A program made the position numbers and the translations under genes. DNA of 20,930 bases, taken from the NCBI GenBank assembly GCA_045863395.1, contig BTVJ01000114.1:1-20930 (forward strand), read 5' to 3'. A model generated the notes under the pieces. That model had not been told where the DNA came from, did not search any database, and worked only from the letters and a program-made list of their open reading frames with translations. The stretch comes from Myxococcales bacterium. GTDB taxonomy: Bacteria; Myxococcota_A; UBA9042; JABWCM01; BTVJ01. Of the stretch, positions 11,752 to 20,930 are shown piece after piece; the first letter of the stretch is position 1, and every line of letters starts with the position of its first letter.

Positions 11752-12986
11752 TCACCCCATGGATCCTGGCGCTGGGCTTCGATGCGCAGATGGCCGCCGG
11801 TCAGGAGCGCCTTGCGGCCGGCGCGTGCGTGGAGGCCGCGACCGCGTACCAGGCGGCGGGCGCCGAGGTCCCGGACGCGGAGGACGCCTGGGTCGGCGCG
11901 CAGCGCGCCTGGCTGTGCGCGGGAGAGTGGGCGAAGGCCGCGAACGCAGGGAACGTCGCCCTGGCCCTGAACCCGCACAACGCCTGGGCGCTGCGGGGGC
12001 TGGGCTACGCGCTGTCCATGACGGGCGACCTCGACGGCGCGCGACGTGCCTACGAGGCGTGCCTGGCCTTGCGGCCCGACGATGGGGAGGCGCGGCTGGG
12101 CCTGGGCTTCGTGCGCGTCGCGCAAGGGGACGTGGACGAGGGCCACGCGCTCTGTCGCGGCGCCGCGAGCGGGCTCACCGTGGGGGATCCCCGCCCCGAC
12201 GAGTGCCTCGCCTTGGGTGGAACCCCGTTCACGTGGGGTGCCGGCGTTTCCGCCACGTACCTCCGCTACACGGACCCGTACATCCTACGCAACGTCTCGG
12301 CCATCTCGCTCACGGCGGGCGTGGACTGGGTTCCCGGTGGCGTCTGGGCCGGAGCCACGCTGAGCGGTTCGGCCCGCAACTTCGACCTTGGCGACTACCA
12401 ACAGGCAAACCCGGTGCTTGGGGGGGCCGTGCGCATCGGCGGCCTCACGATGGGGGTCGCAGGCAGCGTGCTCTTCTCCAGCGAGGACTCCCTGGACCTG
12501 ACGGGTCTGGTCCTCGGGTCCCTCGCCTACCGGGACGGTGCCTTCGGGGCGAGCGTGTCATCGACGACCAGCCTCTACCCGAGCCAGGTCGTGGAGCAGC
12601 TCGACGCCCGCTTCGAGTGGGAGCCGGCGCCTTGGCTGTCCCTGGTCCTCGGGCCGGAGCTGCAGATCATCGACGCCGACGAGCTCCTCGCCAGCGGCTC
12701 CCTGTCCGTGACGGGGCGCCCCCACCCGCGGTTGGCGCTGTTCGCCACGGGACTCGGGGGGCCGCGACGCTGGGCCGTCGATGACGTGCTCTTGAGCGTC
12801 TGGACCAACTCCGACCGGGTCATCGGGGGCTACCGCGTGGGGGTGGACTGGACCCCGTGGGACGTCTTCGGGCTCACCTTGACGTTCCGCCACGACTTTG
12901 GCGATGAGCAGGCGGGGCTCACCCGCGACTTTCAGATCTGGGGCGGCACCCTCGGGGCGCGGCTCTTCTTCCAGGAGGCACCATGA
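11748..12986 (+). CDS. TPR-repeat protein with probable C-terminal outer-membrane beta-barrel, 412 aa
   Basis: AGGAGG RBS and ATGA overlap. TPR pattern ALALNPHNAWALRGLGYAL...GDLDGARRAYEACLALRPDDGEARLGLG. The last ~250 aa are alternating amphipathic strands ending GGTLGARLFF. Confidence 0.75.
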   Translation: MITPWILALGFDAQMAAGQERLAAGACVEAATAYQAAGAEVPDAEDAWVGAQRAWLCAGEWAKAANAGNVALALNPHNAWALRGLGYALSMTGDLDGARRAYEACLALRPDDGEARLGLGFVRVAQGDVDEGHALCRGAASGLTVGDPRPDECLALGGTPFTWGAGVSATYLRYTDPYILRNVSAISLTAGVDWVPGGVWAGATLSGSARNFDLGDYQQANPVLGGAVRIGGLTMGVAGSVLFSSEDSLDLTGLVLGSLAYRDGAFGASVSSTTSLYPSQVVEQLDARFEWEPAPWLSLVLGPELQIIDADELLASGSLSVTGRPHPRLALFATGLGGPRRWAVDDVLLSVWTNSDRVIGGYRVGVDWTPWDVFGLTLTFRHDFGDEQAGLTRDFQIWGGTLGARLFFQEAP

Positions 12987-13597
12987 AGACGCTTGCAGTG
13001 TTGCTGCTGACCCTCACCCTCGTGCGCCCGGCCGCGGCGGACGGACCGGCGGACATCCCCGACCTGTTCGCGTCGTCCTTCGCCTACGAGACGACGGGCG
13101 ACCTGGACCGCGCGCTCAACGACGCGCTGCGCGTGGTCCGCGTCGAGCCATCCCACTACGTCGCGACCCTGCGCGCGGGTTGGCTCTACTACTTGAAGGG
13201 GCGGTATGGGGACTCGGTGGACCTCTACCAGAAGGCCGTGAAGCTGGCGCCGAACGCTGCGGAGCCCAAGCTGGGGCTCATGCTCCCCCTGATGGCTGCG
13301 GGGCGTTGGGGTGAGGCGGAGGCCGTGGGGGAGCAGGTGCTGGCCAAGGCGCCCCGAAACTACCTGGCGGCGAGCCGGCTCGCCTACTGTGCGTTCTCCC
13401 AGGGGCGGTGGAAGGTCGCCGAGCAGCGCTACAAGGAGGTGCTCGACGACTACCCGGGGGACCTGGAGATGATGCTGGGGCTCGCCTGGACGTGGGCCAA
13501 GCAGGGCAGGGCCGCGGAGGCCAAGGGGCTGTTCCAGAAGGTGCTGGTCATCCGCAAGGACAACGTCAACGCCCGCGCCGGGCTCGACTCGTTGTAG
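12983..13597 (+). CDS. Secreted/periplasmic TPR-repeat protein, 204 aa
   Basis: AGGAGG RBS and ATGA overlap. Signal peptide MKTLAVLLLTLTLVRPAAA. Tandem TPRs: LRAGWLYYLKGRYGDSVDLYQKAVKLAP; RLAYCAFSQGRWKVAEQRYKEVLDDYP; GLAWTWAKQGRAAEAKGLFQKVL. Confidence 0.88.
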   Translation: MKTLAVLLLTLTLVRPAAADGPADIPDLFASSFAYETTGDLDRALNDALRVVRVEPSHYVATLRAGWLYYLKGRYGDSVDLYQKAVKLAPNAAEPKLGLMLPLMAAGRWGEAEAVGEQVLAKAPRNYLAASRLAYCAFSQGRWKVAEQRYKEVLDDYPGDLEMMLGLAWTWAKQGRAAEAKGLFQKVLVIRKDNVNARAGLDSL

Positions 13598-13648
13598 CGC
13601 GTCCTGCGCCGGTGACAACGCCCCGGTCCCTGTGCGAACATTGGACCC

Positions 13649-14890
13649 ATGAGCCCCCCGGCCACGCCGCGCACCTGCCGCGTCTACGAGCCCTCGCTGG
13701 TCACCTCGCAGGCGACCGAGGAGGAGCCTCGCGCGGGGGGGCTGGATCGCGCCGCCATCGAAGCCATCTGGAGGGCGGTCGAAGCCGCCTACCGGACCGG
13801 CCTCTACCCGGCCATGGCGCTGTGCCTGCGCCGCAGGGGCCACGTCGTCCTGGACCGCGCCATCGGGCACGCCCGCGGAAACGACCCCGGGGATGCGCTG
13901 GAGGTCCCCAAGGTCCCCGCGACTCCGGCGACCCTCTTCAACGTGTTCTCCGCGTCGAAGATGGTCATGGCCATGCTCGTGCACCTGCTGTCCGAGCGGG
14001 GCCTGGTGCACCTGGACGACCTGATCGTGCGGTACATCCCCGCCTTTGGTCGTCACGGCAAGGAGCGCACGACGATCCGCCACGTGCTGACGCACCGGGC
14101 CGGGATCCCGTCGGTGCCGCCCGGCGGGGTGGACGTCGGGCTCCTGTCCGATCCGCGGGCGACCGTGGAGCTGCTCTGCGACGCCCGCCCGGTGTGGGTC
14201 CCCGGGCGTCGCCTCGCCTACCATGCGCTGACCGGCGGCTACGTGCTGGCGGAGATCGCCCGCGCGGTCACCGGCGTGGACGCTCGGACGCTGCTTCGCC
14301 GTGAGATCCTGGAGCCGCTGCGGTTCGACCACTTCGGCTATGGGGTTCCCGCTGCGGAGGTGGGCAGCGTCGCCCTCAACTCCTTCACGGGGCCGCCGGC
14401 AGGGCGCCTCGCGGGTGGGCTGTTCCGCAAGGCGCTGGGGGTCGGCTTCGAGGAGGCCGTCGCGCTCTCCAACCACCCCAGCTTCCTCACTGGGCTGGTG
14501 CCGTCGGGCAACGTCATCGGCACGGCCAACGAGGGGTCGCGGTTCATGGAGCTGCTGCTGCGCCGTGGCGCTCTGGATGGCGTCCGGGTGTTTGCCGAGC
14601 GGACCATTCGGGAGGCGCTCCGCGAGCAGTCCTACCTGGAGATGGACCTGACCATGGCGCTGCCCGTGCGGTATGGCATGGGCTTCATGCTCGGCGGGCG
14701 CATCCTGTCGCCCTACGGCATGGGCACGCGAAACGCCTTCGGGCATCTGGGCTTCTCCAACGTCGTGCTGTGGGCCGACCCGGACCGCGACATCAGCGCC
14801 TGCCTCATGACCAGCGGCAAGCCGTTCCTGGCGCTGGGCGAGGTGCGCTGGTACGGCGTCATGCAGACCATCACGCGCACATGCGAGTGA
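13649..14890 (+). CDS. Serine hydrolase, beta-lactamase/class C-esterase family, 413 aa
   Basis: FSASK (SxxK), TIRHVLTHRAG, PGRRLAYHAL (catalytic Tyr), AFGHLG (HxG triad). No signal peptide. Confidence 0.9.
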   Translation: MSPPATPRTCRVYEPSLVTSQATEEEPRAGGLDRAAIEAIWRAVEAAYRTGLYPAMALCLRRRGHVVLDRAIGHARGNDPGDALEVPKVPATPATLFNVFSASKMVMAMLVHLLSERGLVHLDDLIVRYIPAFGRHGKERTTIRHVLTHRAGIPSVPPGGVDVGLLSDPRATVELLCDARPVWVPGRRLAYHALTGGYVLAEIARAVTGVDARTLLRREILEPLRFDHFGYGVPAAEVGSVALNSFTGPPAGRLAGGLFRKALGVGFEEAVALSNHPSFLTGLVPSGNVIGTANEGSRFMELLLRRGALDGVRVFAERTIREALREQSYLEMDLTMALPVRYGMGFMLGGRILSPYGMGTRNAFGHLGFSNVVLWADPDRDISACLMTSGKPFLALGEVRWYGVMQTITRTCE

Positions 14891-15672
14891 TCCGCCTGGC
14901 AGCCTGGCAGCTCGTTGCGCTCTTCGTGGCCGCGCGCGTCTCCGTGGCGCTGCACGAGCTTGCCGGCCACGCGCTGCCCGCGCTCGCCCTGGGGTTGGGG
15001 GTCGAGGAGGTGTCCGTGTCCTGGTTCGGGGGCGGGTTCGTGCGCTTTGGCGCGCCCGTCCCCCCAGGCGCGGCGGCCTTCATCGTGGAGATGGGCGGGA
15101 TCCTGCTGAACCTCGTGCTGTTCCTGGGGGCCGCGTCCCTGACGCGACGGTGGCGCTCCAACGCTCTGGCCGTGTTCGCCGCCGTCAACGTCTTCGGCGC
15201 CACCCACTATGCTGTGCTGGGCTCGTTCCATGGCTTTGGAGATCCGGCAGGCTGGCCCCAGGTCTGGCCACCGGCGCTGGGGCTCGCGGTGATCGCGGTC
15301 CCCGTGGCGCTCGCGCAGTGGCTGCGGACGCTGCCGCTCTCCGGGCGGTCCCGGTGGCTCGCGGTACCTGTGGCTGCGCTCGCTCTCGCGGGCTACGGTG
15401 CCGGATACGTGGCCGAGCAGGCGTGGACCGCAGGAGAGAGCGAGGTCCGCGCGTTGAAGGCCGAGTCCGCAGCCGTGGAGCGCGCCGTCGCCGAGGAGCG
15501 GGAGCGCAGGCGCCGTGCCTGGGCGGAGACTCACGGTGGGGAGGAGGCGCCCCCGGAGATCGTCGCCGTCAGCGCCGAGGACGTGCCGCGCCCCTTCCCG
15601 ATGACCGCGGCGCTGATCCTGTTCGATGGGGTGGCGCTGGTGGCCGTGGTGTTCCGAGGGGCGAGGCGCTGA
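14887..15672 (+). CDS. Membrane protein, M50/M50B-like zinc metalloprotease, ~261 aa
   Basis: GTGA overlap with the upstream stop (in-frame ATG 14881 is also possible). HELAGH in the first hydrophobic helix, GG-hairpin, GGILLN and a downstream GD motif (HGFGDP); several TM segments. Confidence 0.65.
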   Translation: MIRLAAWQLVALFVAARVSVALHELAGHALPALALGLGVEEVSVSWFGGGFVRFGAPVPPGAAAFIVEMGGILLNLVLFLGAASLTRRWRSNALAVFAAVNVFGATHYAVLGSFHGFGDPAGWPQVWPPALGLAVIAVPVALAQWLRTLPLSGRSRWLAVPVAALALAGYGAGYVAEQAWTAGESEVRALKAESAAVERAVAEERERRRRAWAETHGGEEAPPEIVAVSAEDVPRPFPMTAALILFDGVALVAVVFRGARR

Positions 15673-15675
15673 GGA

Positions 15676-17349
<1,674 letters not shown>

Positions 17350-17381
17350 GGCTCGCCTCCCGGTCGTGGTTCCAGCGCCAG

Positions 17382-17411
17382 ACTATAGGCGGCGGGGCGG
17401 GGACCGTTCAA
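17382..17411 (-). promoter_or_regulatory. sigma70-type promoter for the Cys-rich lipoprotein
   Basis: Minus strand TTGAAC-N18-TATAGT, 32 nt upstream of GTG 17349. Confidence 0.55.
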
Positions 17412-17450
17412 GCGGCCTGTGCGGCTGTGGGCGGTCGTGGTTTCGCCGCC

Positions 17451-17618
17451 TCAGCGCTCCGGGGGCTTGCGAGATCGGCGCGTGGAGACGAACGCGAACG
17501 CCGCGCCGCCAACGACGACGACGAGGACGATCACCGCCACGGCTGTCCACTCGCCGCCGGACTGGGGGAGCAGGCCACAGCCGCCCAGCAGGGCCGCGAA
17601 GGGGAGCGCGCGTCTCAT
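17451..17618 (-). CDS. Small membrane protein (55 aa): lipobox-like N-terminus, LPQSG, TM helix, basic tail
   Basis: MRRALPFAALLGGC-GLLPQSGGEW-TAVAVIVLVVVVGGAAFAFV-STRRSRKPPER. GC-rich third positions and its own promoter directly upstream. Confidence 0.65.
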   Translation of the reverse strand: MRRALPFAALLGGCGLLPQSGGEWTAVAVIVLVVVVGGAAFAFVSTRRSRKPPER

Positions 17619-17625
17619 GGACCGG

Positions 17626-17654
17626 ACTGTAGCGCTCCTGGAGAGGGGCGGCAA
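17626..17654 (-). promoter_or_regulatory. sigma70-type promoter giving a leaderless transcript of the 55-aa gene
   Basis: Minus strand TTGCCG-N17-TACAGT, followed by 7 nt and then the ATG; no SD in between. Confidence 0.55.
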
Positions 17655-17710
17655 GTTGGTGTCGCGGAGGCGCCATGGTAGATCAGGGGGTCGAACCCGA
17701 GGTGCCCCCG

Positions 17711-18670
17711 ATGCGTGTCGCGTTCCTCCTGCTGTTGCTCTCGCGCCTGGCCGTGGCGGCGCCAGCCCCGCTCACCACCGAGGCAGCGGCTGCGCTCGCG
17801 GCCATCACGCCGGACCCGAAGCCCAAGGAGCTGTCTGCCAACGCCCACTTCCTGGTGTCCGACGAGAAGCGCCACGACCTGTTTGCCCGCGCCATCGACG
17901 GGGTCGGGGGCATGCTCGTGGGGGTTGGGACGGACCAGGTGTGGCTCCTGGCGGCCTGGGCCAGGAGCGAGGTCGTCATCCCCATGGACTTCGATCAGCT
18001 CGTCGTGGACGTCCAGAGGGCCTACGGCGTGGCGTTTCGGGCAGCGCCGGGTCCTGCGGAGTTCGTGGCGTGGTGGACGCTGCCCGAGGACGCCGCGATG
18101 GCGACGGCAGCATCCGTGTGGGGGCTCGAGGAGCAGGCCTCGGCGCGGCGTGGCTTCCGAGCGGCCCGAGCGATGGTGCGCAGGAAGCTTGCGGCCACCG
18201 TCGCGCTCCATGAGCGCCGGGGCATCCGGTCGTACCTGAATGACCAAGCGCAGTACGATCACCTGGCGGCCCTGTGGGCGGGCGGCCGTGTCCATCCCGT
18301 GCGGGGGGATCTGACGGCGAAGACCACGATGCGCCAGATTGGCGAAGCGTCTATCGCGCTCGGGGTGCCGGTGCGCGTGCTCTACCTGTCCAATGCGGAG
18401 AAGTACTTCCCCTACTCCAAGCAGTTCAGGCAGAACGTGCTCGGGCTGCCCTTCGACGCACGGACGGTCGTGCTGCGTGCCCAGGGCCGCGGAGAGGGCA
18501 ACGGGGTGGAGGACGACGGCTTCTACATCTACGAGGTCCAGACCGGTGAGAGCATGAGGGCGTGGCTCGAGTCTGGCAAAGCCTGGAACGTCCACGTCCT
18601 GCATCGCCAGCGCCGCAAGACCGACGTGGACGGTCTGTTCCTCATCGACTCCGTTCCCCCGTCGAAGTAG
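17711..18670 (+). CDS. Secreted hypothetical protein with Rossmann/SAM-binding-like motifs, 319 aa
   Basis: ATG 17711 with GAGGTG upstream; signal peptide MRVAFLLLLLSRLAVAA. Motifs GGMLVGVGTDQ, IPMDFD, PVRGDL, VLYLSNAEKY occur in class-I methyltransferase strand order. Confidence 0.75.
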   Translation: MRVAFLLLLLSRLAVAAPAPLTTEAAAALAAITPDPKPKELSANAHFLVSDEKRHDLFARAIDGVGGMLVGVGTDQVWLLAAWARSEVVIPMDFDQLVVDVQRAYGVAFRAAPGPAEFVAWWTLPEDAAMATAASVWGLEEQASARRGFRAARAMVRRKLAATVALHERRGIRSYLNDQAQYDHLAALWAGGRVHPVRGDLTAKTTMRQIGEASIALGVPVRVLYLSNAEKYFPYSKQFRQNVLGLPFDARTVVLRAQGRGEGNGVEDDGFYIYEVQTGESMRAWLESGKAWNVHVLHRQRRKTDVDGLFLIDSVPPSK

Positions 18671-18705
18671 GCACGCTCGCGAAGGGCAACGGGCCAGTGC
18701 CGTAC

Positions 18706-18734
18706 TCGCCATGTGAGCTCCGGCGCGCTATGGT
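18706..18734 (+). promoter_or_regulatory. Possible sigma70-type promoter, leaderless transcript
   Basis: TCGCCA-N17-TATGGT followed by 6 nt and then ATG 18741; no SD. Confidence 0.4.
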
Positions 18735-18740
18735 GCCGCC

Positions 18741-19424
18741 ATGGCGCTCCCCTGGACCGTGATCGAGACCGTGCCCACCGAAGAGGGGCCGCTGGAGCTC
18801 CGCCGCCGCGGTGATCGGGACTTCTTGATCATGCTCGGGCCGCTCGTGCTGATGAGCAGCCGCGCACATACCTCCGAGGCCGCGCTCGGTGAGCTGGGGT
18901 GCCGCCACCTGCGCGGGCGGGCGGGGGCTCGTGTGCTGGTCGGCGGGCTGGGCATGGCCTTCACGCTGCGGGCTGTGCTGGACGTGCTGGGACCGGACGC
19001 GCGGGTGACCGTCGCCGAACTCAACCCCGTCGTGGAGGGATGGTGCCGTGGGCCGCTCGCGGGGTTGACCGGGGCGGCCGTCGCGGACCCGAGAGTGGCC
19101 GTGCGCATCGCCGACGTGGCCAAGGTGATCCGCGACGCACAAGGGTGCTACGACGCCATCGTGCTCGACTTGTACCGCGGGCCGCACCCCCGCACGGACC
19201 CTCGCGGAGACCCCCTGTACGGGAGCCGCGCCATCGAGAGGGCGCGGGCGGCCCTGCGGCAAGGCGGCGTCCTCGCGGTGTGGGGCGAGGTCTACGACGC
19301 AGCGTTCGAGGCGCGGCTCAAGGCTGCTGGCTTCGTCGTGTCGGGGGTGCGTCCCGGGCGGGGGCGCCAGCACGCGGTGTTCGTGGGCACGCTGCCAGCG
19401 CCGGCCGGTGCCGCCTCGCGATGA
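18741..19424 (+). CDS. Spermidine-synthase-like class I SAM-dependent transferase, 227 aa
   Basis: LMSSRAHTSEAAL, RVLVGGLGMAFT (motif I), VTVAELNPVV, IADV, YDAIVLDLYRGP, ALRQGGVLAVW. Confidence 0.82.
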   Translation: MALPWTVIETVPTEEGPLELRRRGDRDFLIMLGPLVLMSSRAHTSEAALGELGCRHLRGRAGARVLVGGLGMAFTLRAVLDVLGPDARVTVAELNPVVEGWCRGPLAGLTGAAVADPRVAVRIADVAKVIRDAQGCYDAIVLDLYRGPHPRTDPRGDPLYGSRAIERARAALRQGGVLAVWGEVYDAAFEARLKAAGFVVSGVRPGRGRQHAVFVGTLPAPAGAASR

Positions 19425-19481
19425 TTGGGTCAGTGCGCGGCGTGGAGACGTGGGCTGCGGGCCACGGGGAGAGGAGGGCGC

Positions 19482-20261
19482 CTACTGGGAGGGGGCGTCT
19501 CCGGGAACCGGCTTCGTGGCCGTGTCGCCTTTGCCCGGTGCGGGCGCCTGGGGCTCGAAGCACGCCACCAACGGGGTGTCCGCCGTCTCGTGGAGCTTGA
19601 GGAAGAGTTCGGTCTCCGCGTAGCACTCGCCAGGATCGTCGTCGCCGAAATAGCCCGGCGGGGGCCCCCCGGCACAGCGCGGGAGCGTCGCCCAGACCAG
19701 GATCGAGCGCCGGGCTGGCAGGTAGAGCGGCAGCACCTGGCGCTTCACCTCCGAGGCCACCCCGTCGCCGATGGGGGCGCTCCAGGCCTCCTTGCCGTCC
19801 ACGGCGATGCGGAGAGTCAGTGAGAGCGCGTCTCCCTTCTTCGTCGTTGCCACGGACGCCTTGCAGCGCCCGCTCGGGCTCTTCTGGAGGGACTTCGGGG
19901 CCAGGAAGCCCTCCGCCTTCTTGCGCTCATCCAGTTTGGACATGGGGAGCGGCGCCTCGGCCTGGGTGATGGCGGCGAGGCGTTGCGCCGCCTCCTTGCC
20001 GCTCTCGCGCAGGTACCACTGAGAGACCTTGCCCGACACATCCCGAACCTGCGCGGTGTGGAGCACACCGCGCTCCTCTCCCTCGTCGGTCTCCTCGCAC
20101 CACTCCAGGTCGCCCTGAAGGAGGACGAGGCTGCCGTCCGCAGAGACCGCTTCCAGTGTCCAGGTCTCTGACAGGTTCTCGCAGAAGCCGATGGCGAGGG
20201 CGGGTCCCGAAGACCCGACGAGGCTGGCGGCCAAGCTCAGGACCGTGATCGTGCGGGTCAT
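19482..20261 (-). CDS. Secreted hypothetical protein, 259 aa
   Basis: ATG 20261 with AGAGGG upstream; signal peptide MTRTITVLSLAASLVGSSGPALA; six Cys; no family recognised. Confidence 0.75.
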   Translation of the reverse strand: MTRTITVLSLAASLVGSSGPALAIGFCENLSETWTLEAVSADGSLVLLQGDLEWCEETDEGEERGVLHTAQVRDVSGKVSQWYLRESGKEAAQRLAAITQAEAPLPMSKLDERKKAEGFLAPKSLQKSPSGRCKASVATTKKGDALSLTLRIAVDGKEAWSAPIGDGVASEVKRQVLPLYLPARRSILVWATLPRCAGGPPPGYFGDDDPGECYAETELFLKLHETADTPLVACFEPQAPAPGKGDTATKPVPGDAPSQ

Positions 20262-20340
20262 CGCGCCCTCTGTGGGTGGCATCCTCGGCGGGGCAAGGGG
20301 GCATCACGAGCGGCGCGGACACCCATCTCGGGAACGCGGC

Positions 20341-20930
20341 CTACGGGGTGCAGAGTTGGGCCGCCTCACCCTGACAGATGGAGTCCCACGCGGTGTTGCA
20401 GCAGAAGGAATCGACCGCGCACACCGCGCTACAGCAGGCCGGTGACACTCCTGCAGTGATGCAGGGGTTGGCGCCGCCGCACAGCGTGGTGGCCTCGTTC
20501 TGGCAGATGCCGTCCCACGCCTCGTTGCAGCAGAACGCGTCGACTGCGCACACGGTCTCGCAGCAGAGCGCGGTCTGGCCGGCCTGGAGGCAGGGGTTGG
20601 GGGCCGCGCACCACGAGGTGGCCTCGTCTGCGCACTGCCCGTCCCAGCCGTTGGTGCAGCACCAGGGGTCCTGGGCGCAGACGGTGTCGCAGCAAGCGGC
20701 GGTCTGGCCGGCGTCCAGGCAGGGGTTGGTCGCCACGCTACACAGGGTCGCCTCCTCGTCCTGGCAGAGGGAGTCCCAGGCGGTCTCACAGCAGAACGGG
20801 TCTGCGGCGCAGACGGTGTCGCAGCAGGCGGCGCTCACGCCAGCGTTGATGCAGGGATTGGAGGCGCCGCACCAAGCGGCGGCCTCGTCGGCGCACTGCT
20901 GATCCCAGCCGTTGGTGCAGCACCAGGGAT
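20341..20930 (-). CDS. 3' end of a Cys-rich repeat protein (5' part outside window); 43-44-aa 8-Cys repeats
   Basis: Frame stays open to the window edge. Unit NPCxxAGxxxxCCxxVCAxDx[FW]CCxxxWDxxCxxEAxx[LW]C appears as four complete copies and one partial; TAG at 20341-20343. Confidence 0.85.
   Translation of the reverse strand, partial: PWCCTNGWDQQCADEAAAWCGASNPCINAGVSAACCDTVCAADPFCCETAWDSLCQDEEATLCSVATNPCLDAGQTAACCDTVCAQDPWCCTNGWDGQCADEATSWCAAPNPCLQAGQTALCCETVCAVDAFCCNEAWDGICQNEATTLCGGANPCITAGVSPACCSAVCAVDSFCCNTAWDSICQGEAAQLCTP

Noticed and set aside
18741..19424. Polyamine pathway linking this gene to the PLP decarboxylase
   Set aside because: It is 9 kb away with opposite-strand genes in between, appears to have its own promoter, and lacks aminopropyltransferase motifs.

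Overview
High-GC window whose gene content (Cys/Asp-rich secreted repeat proteins, sigma54 promoters) suggests a Myxococcota-like bacterium; the taxon is an inference. The centre is a divergon with two back-to-back sigma54 (-24/-12) promoters and a candidate shared enhancer (6695-7024). Leftward it drives a 1689-aa secreted protein with 17 CxGxDDxCxG (MopE-type) repeats, two copies of a ~170-aa globular domain, an (EPGS)n linker and TSP3-type Ca-binding repeats. Rightward it drives a translationally coupled six-gene operon: PqqD/RRE protein, ATP-grasp ligase, fold-III PLP decarboxylase (LysA-like but with a non-canonical specificity residue), urea-transporter/M23-peptidase fusion, TPR plus beta-barrel protein, and secreted TPR protein. 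No RiPP precursor gene is visible, but the decarboxylase itself begins with a lasso-leader-like YxxPx(I/L) extension that could dock on the RRE. This operon is the best candidate for an undescribed biosynthesis-and-export system. Downstream are a serine hydrolase, an M50-like membrane protease, a Cys-rich lipoprotein with TSP1-like repeats, a 55-aa lipobox/LPxSG mini-protein, a secreted Rossmann-like protein, a spermidine-synthase-like protein, a secreted hypothetical and a truncated Cys-repeat gene. The first ~1.6 kb looks non-coding and contains a degenerate palindromic repeat array. All family calls are by-eye motif recognition, not database searches.
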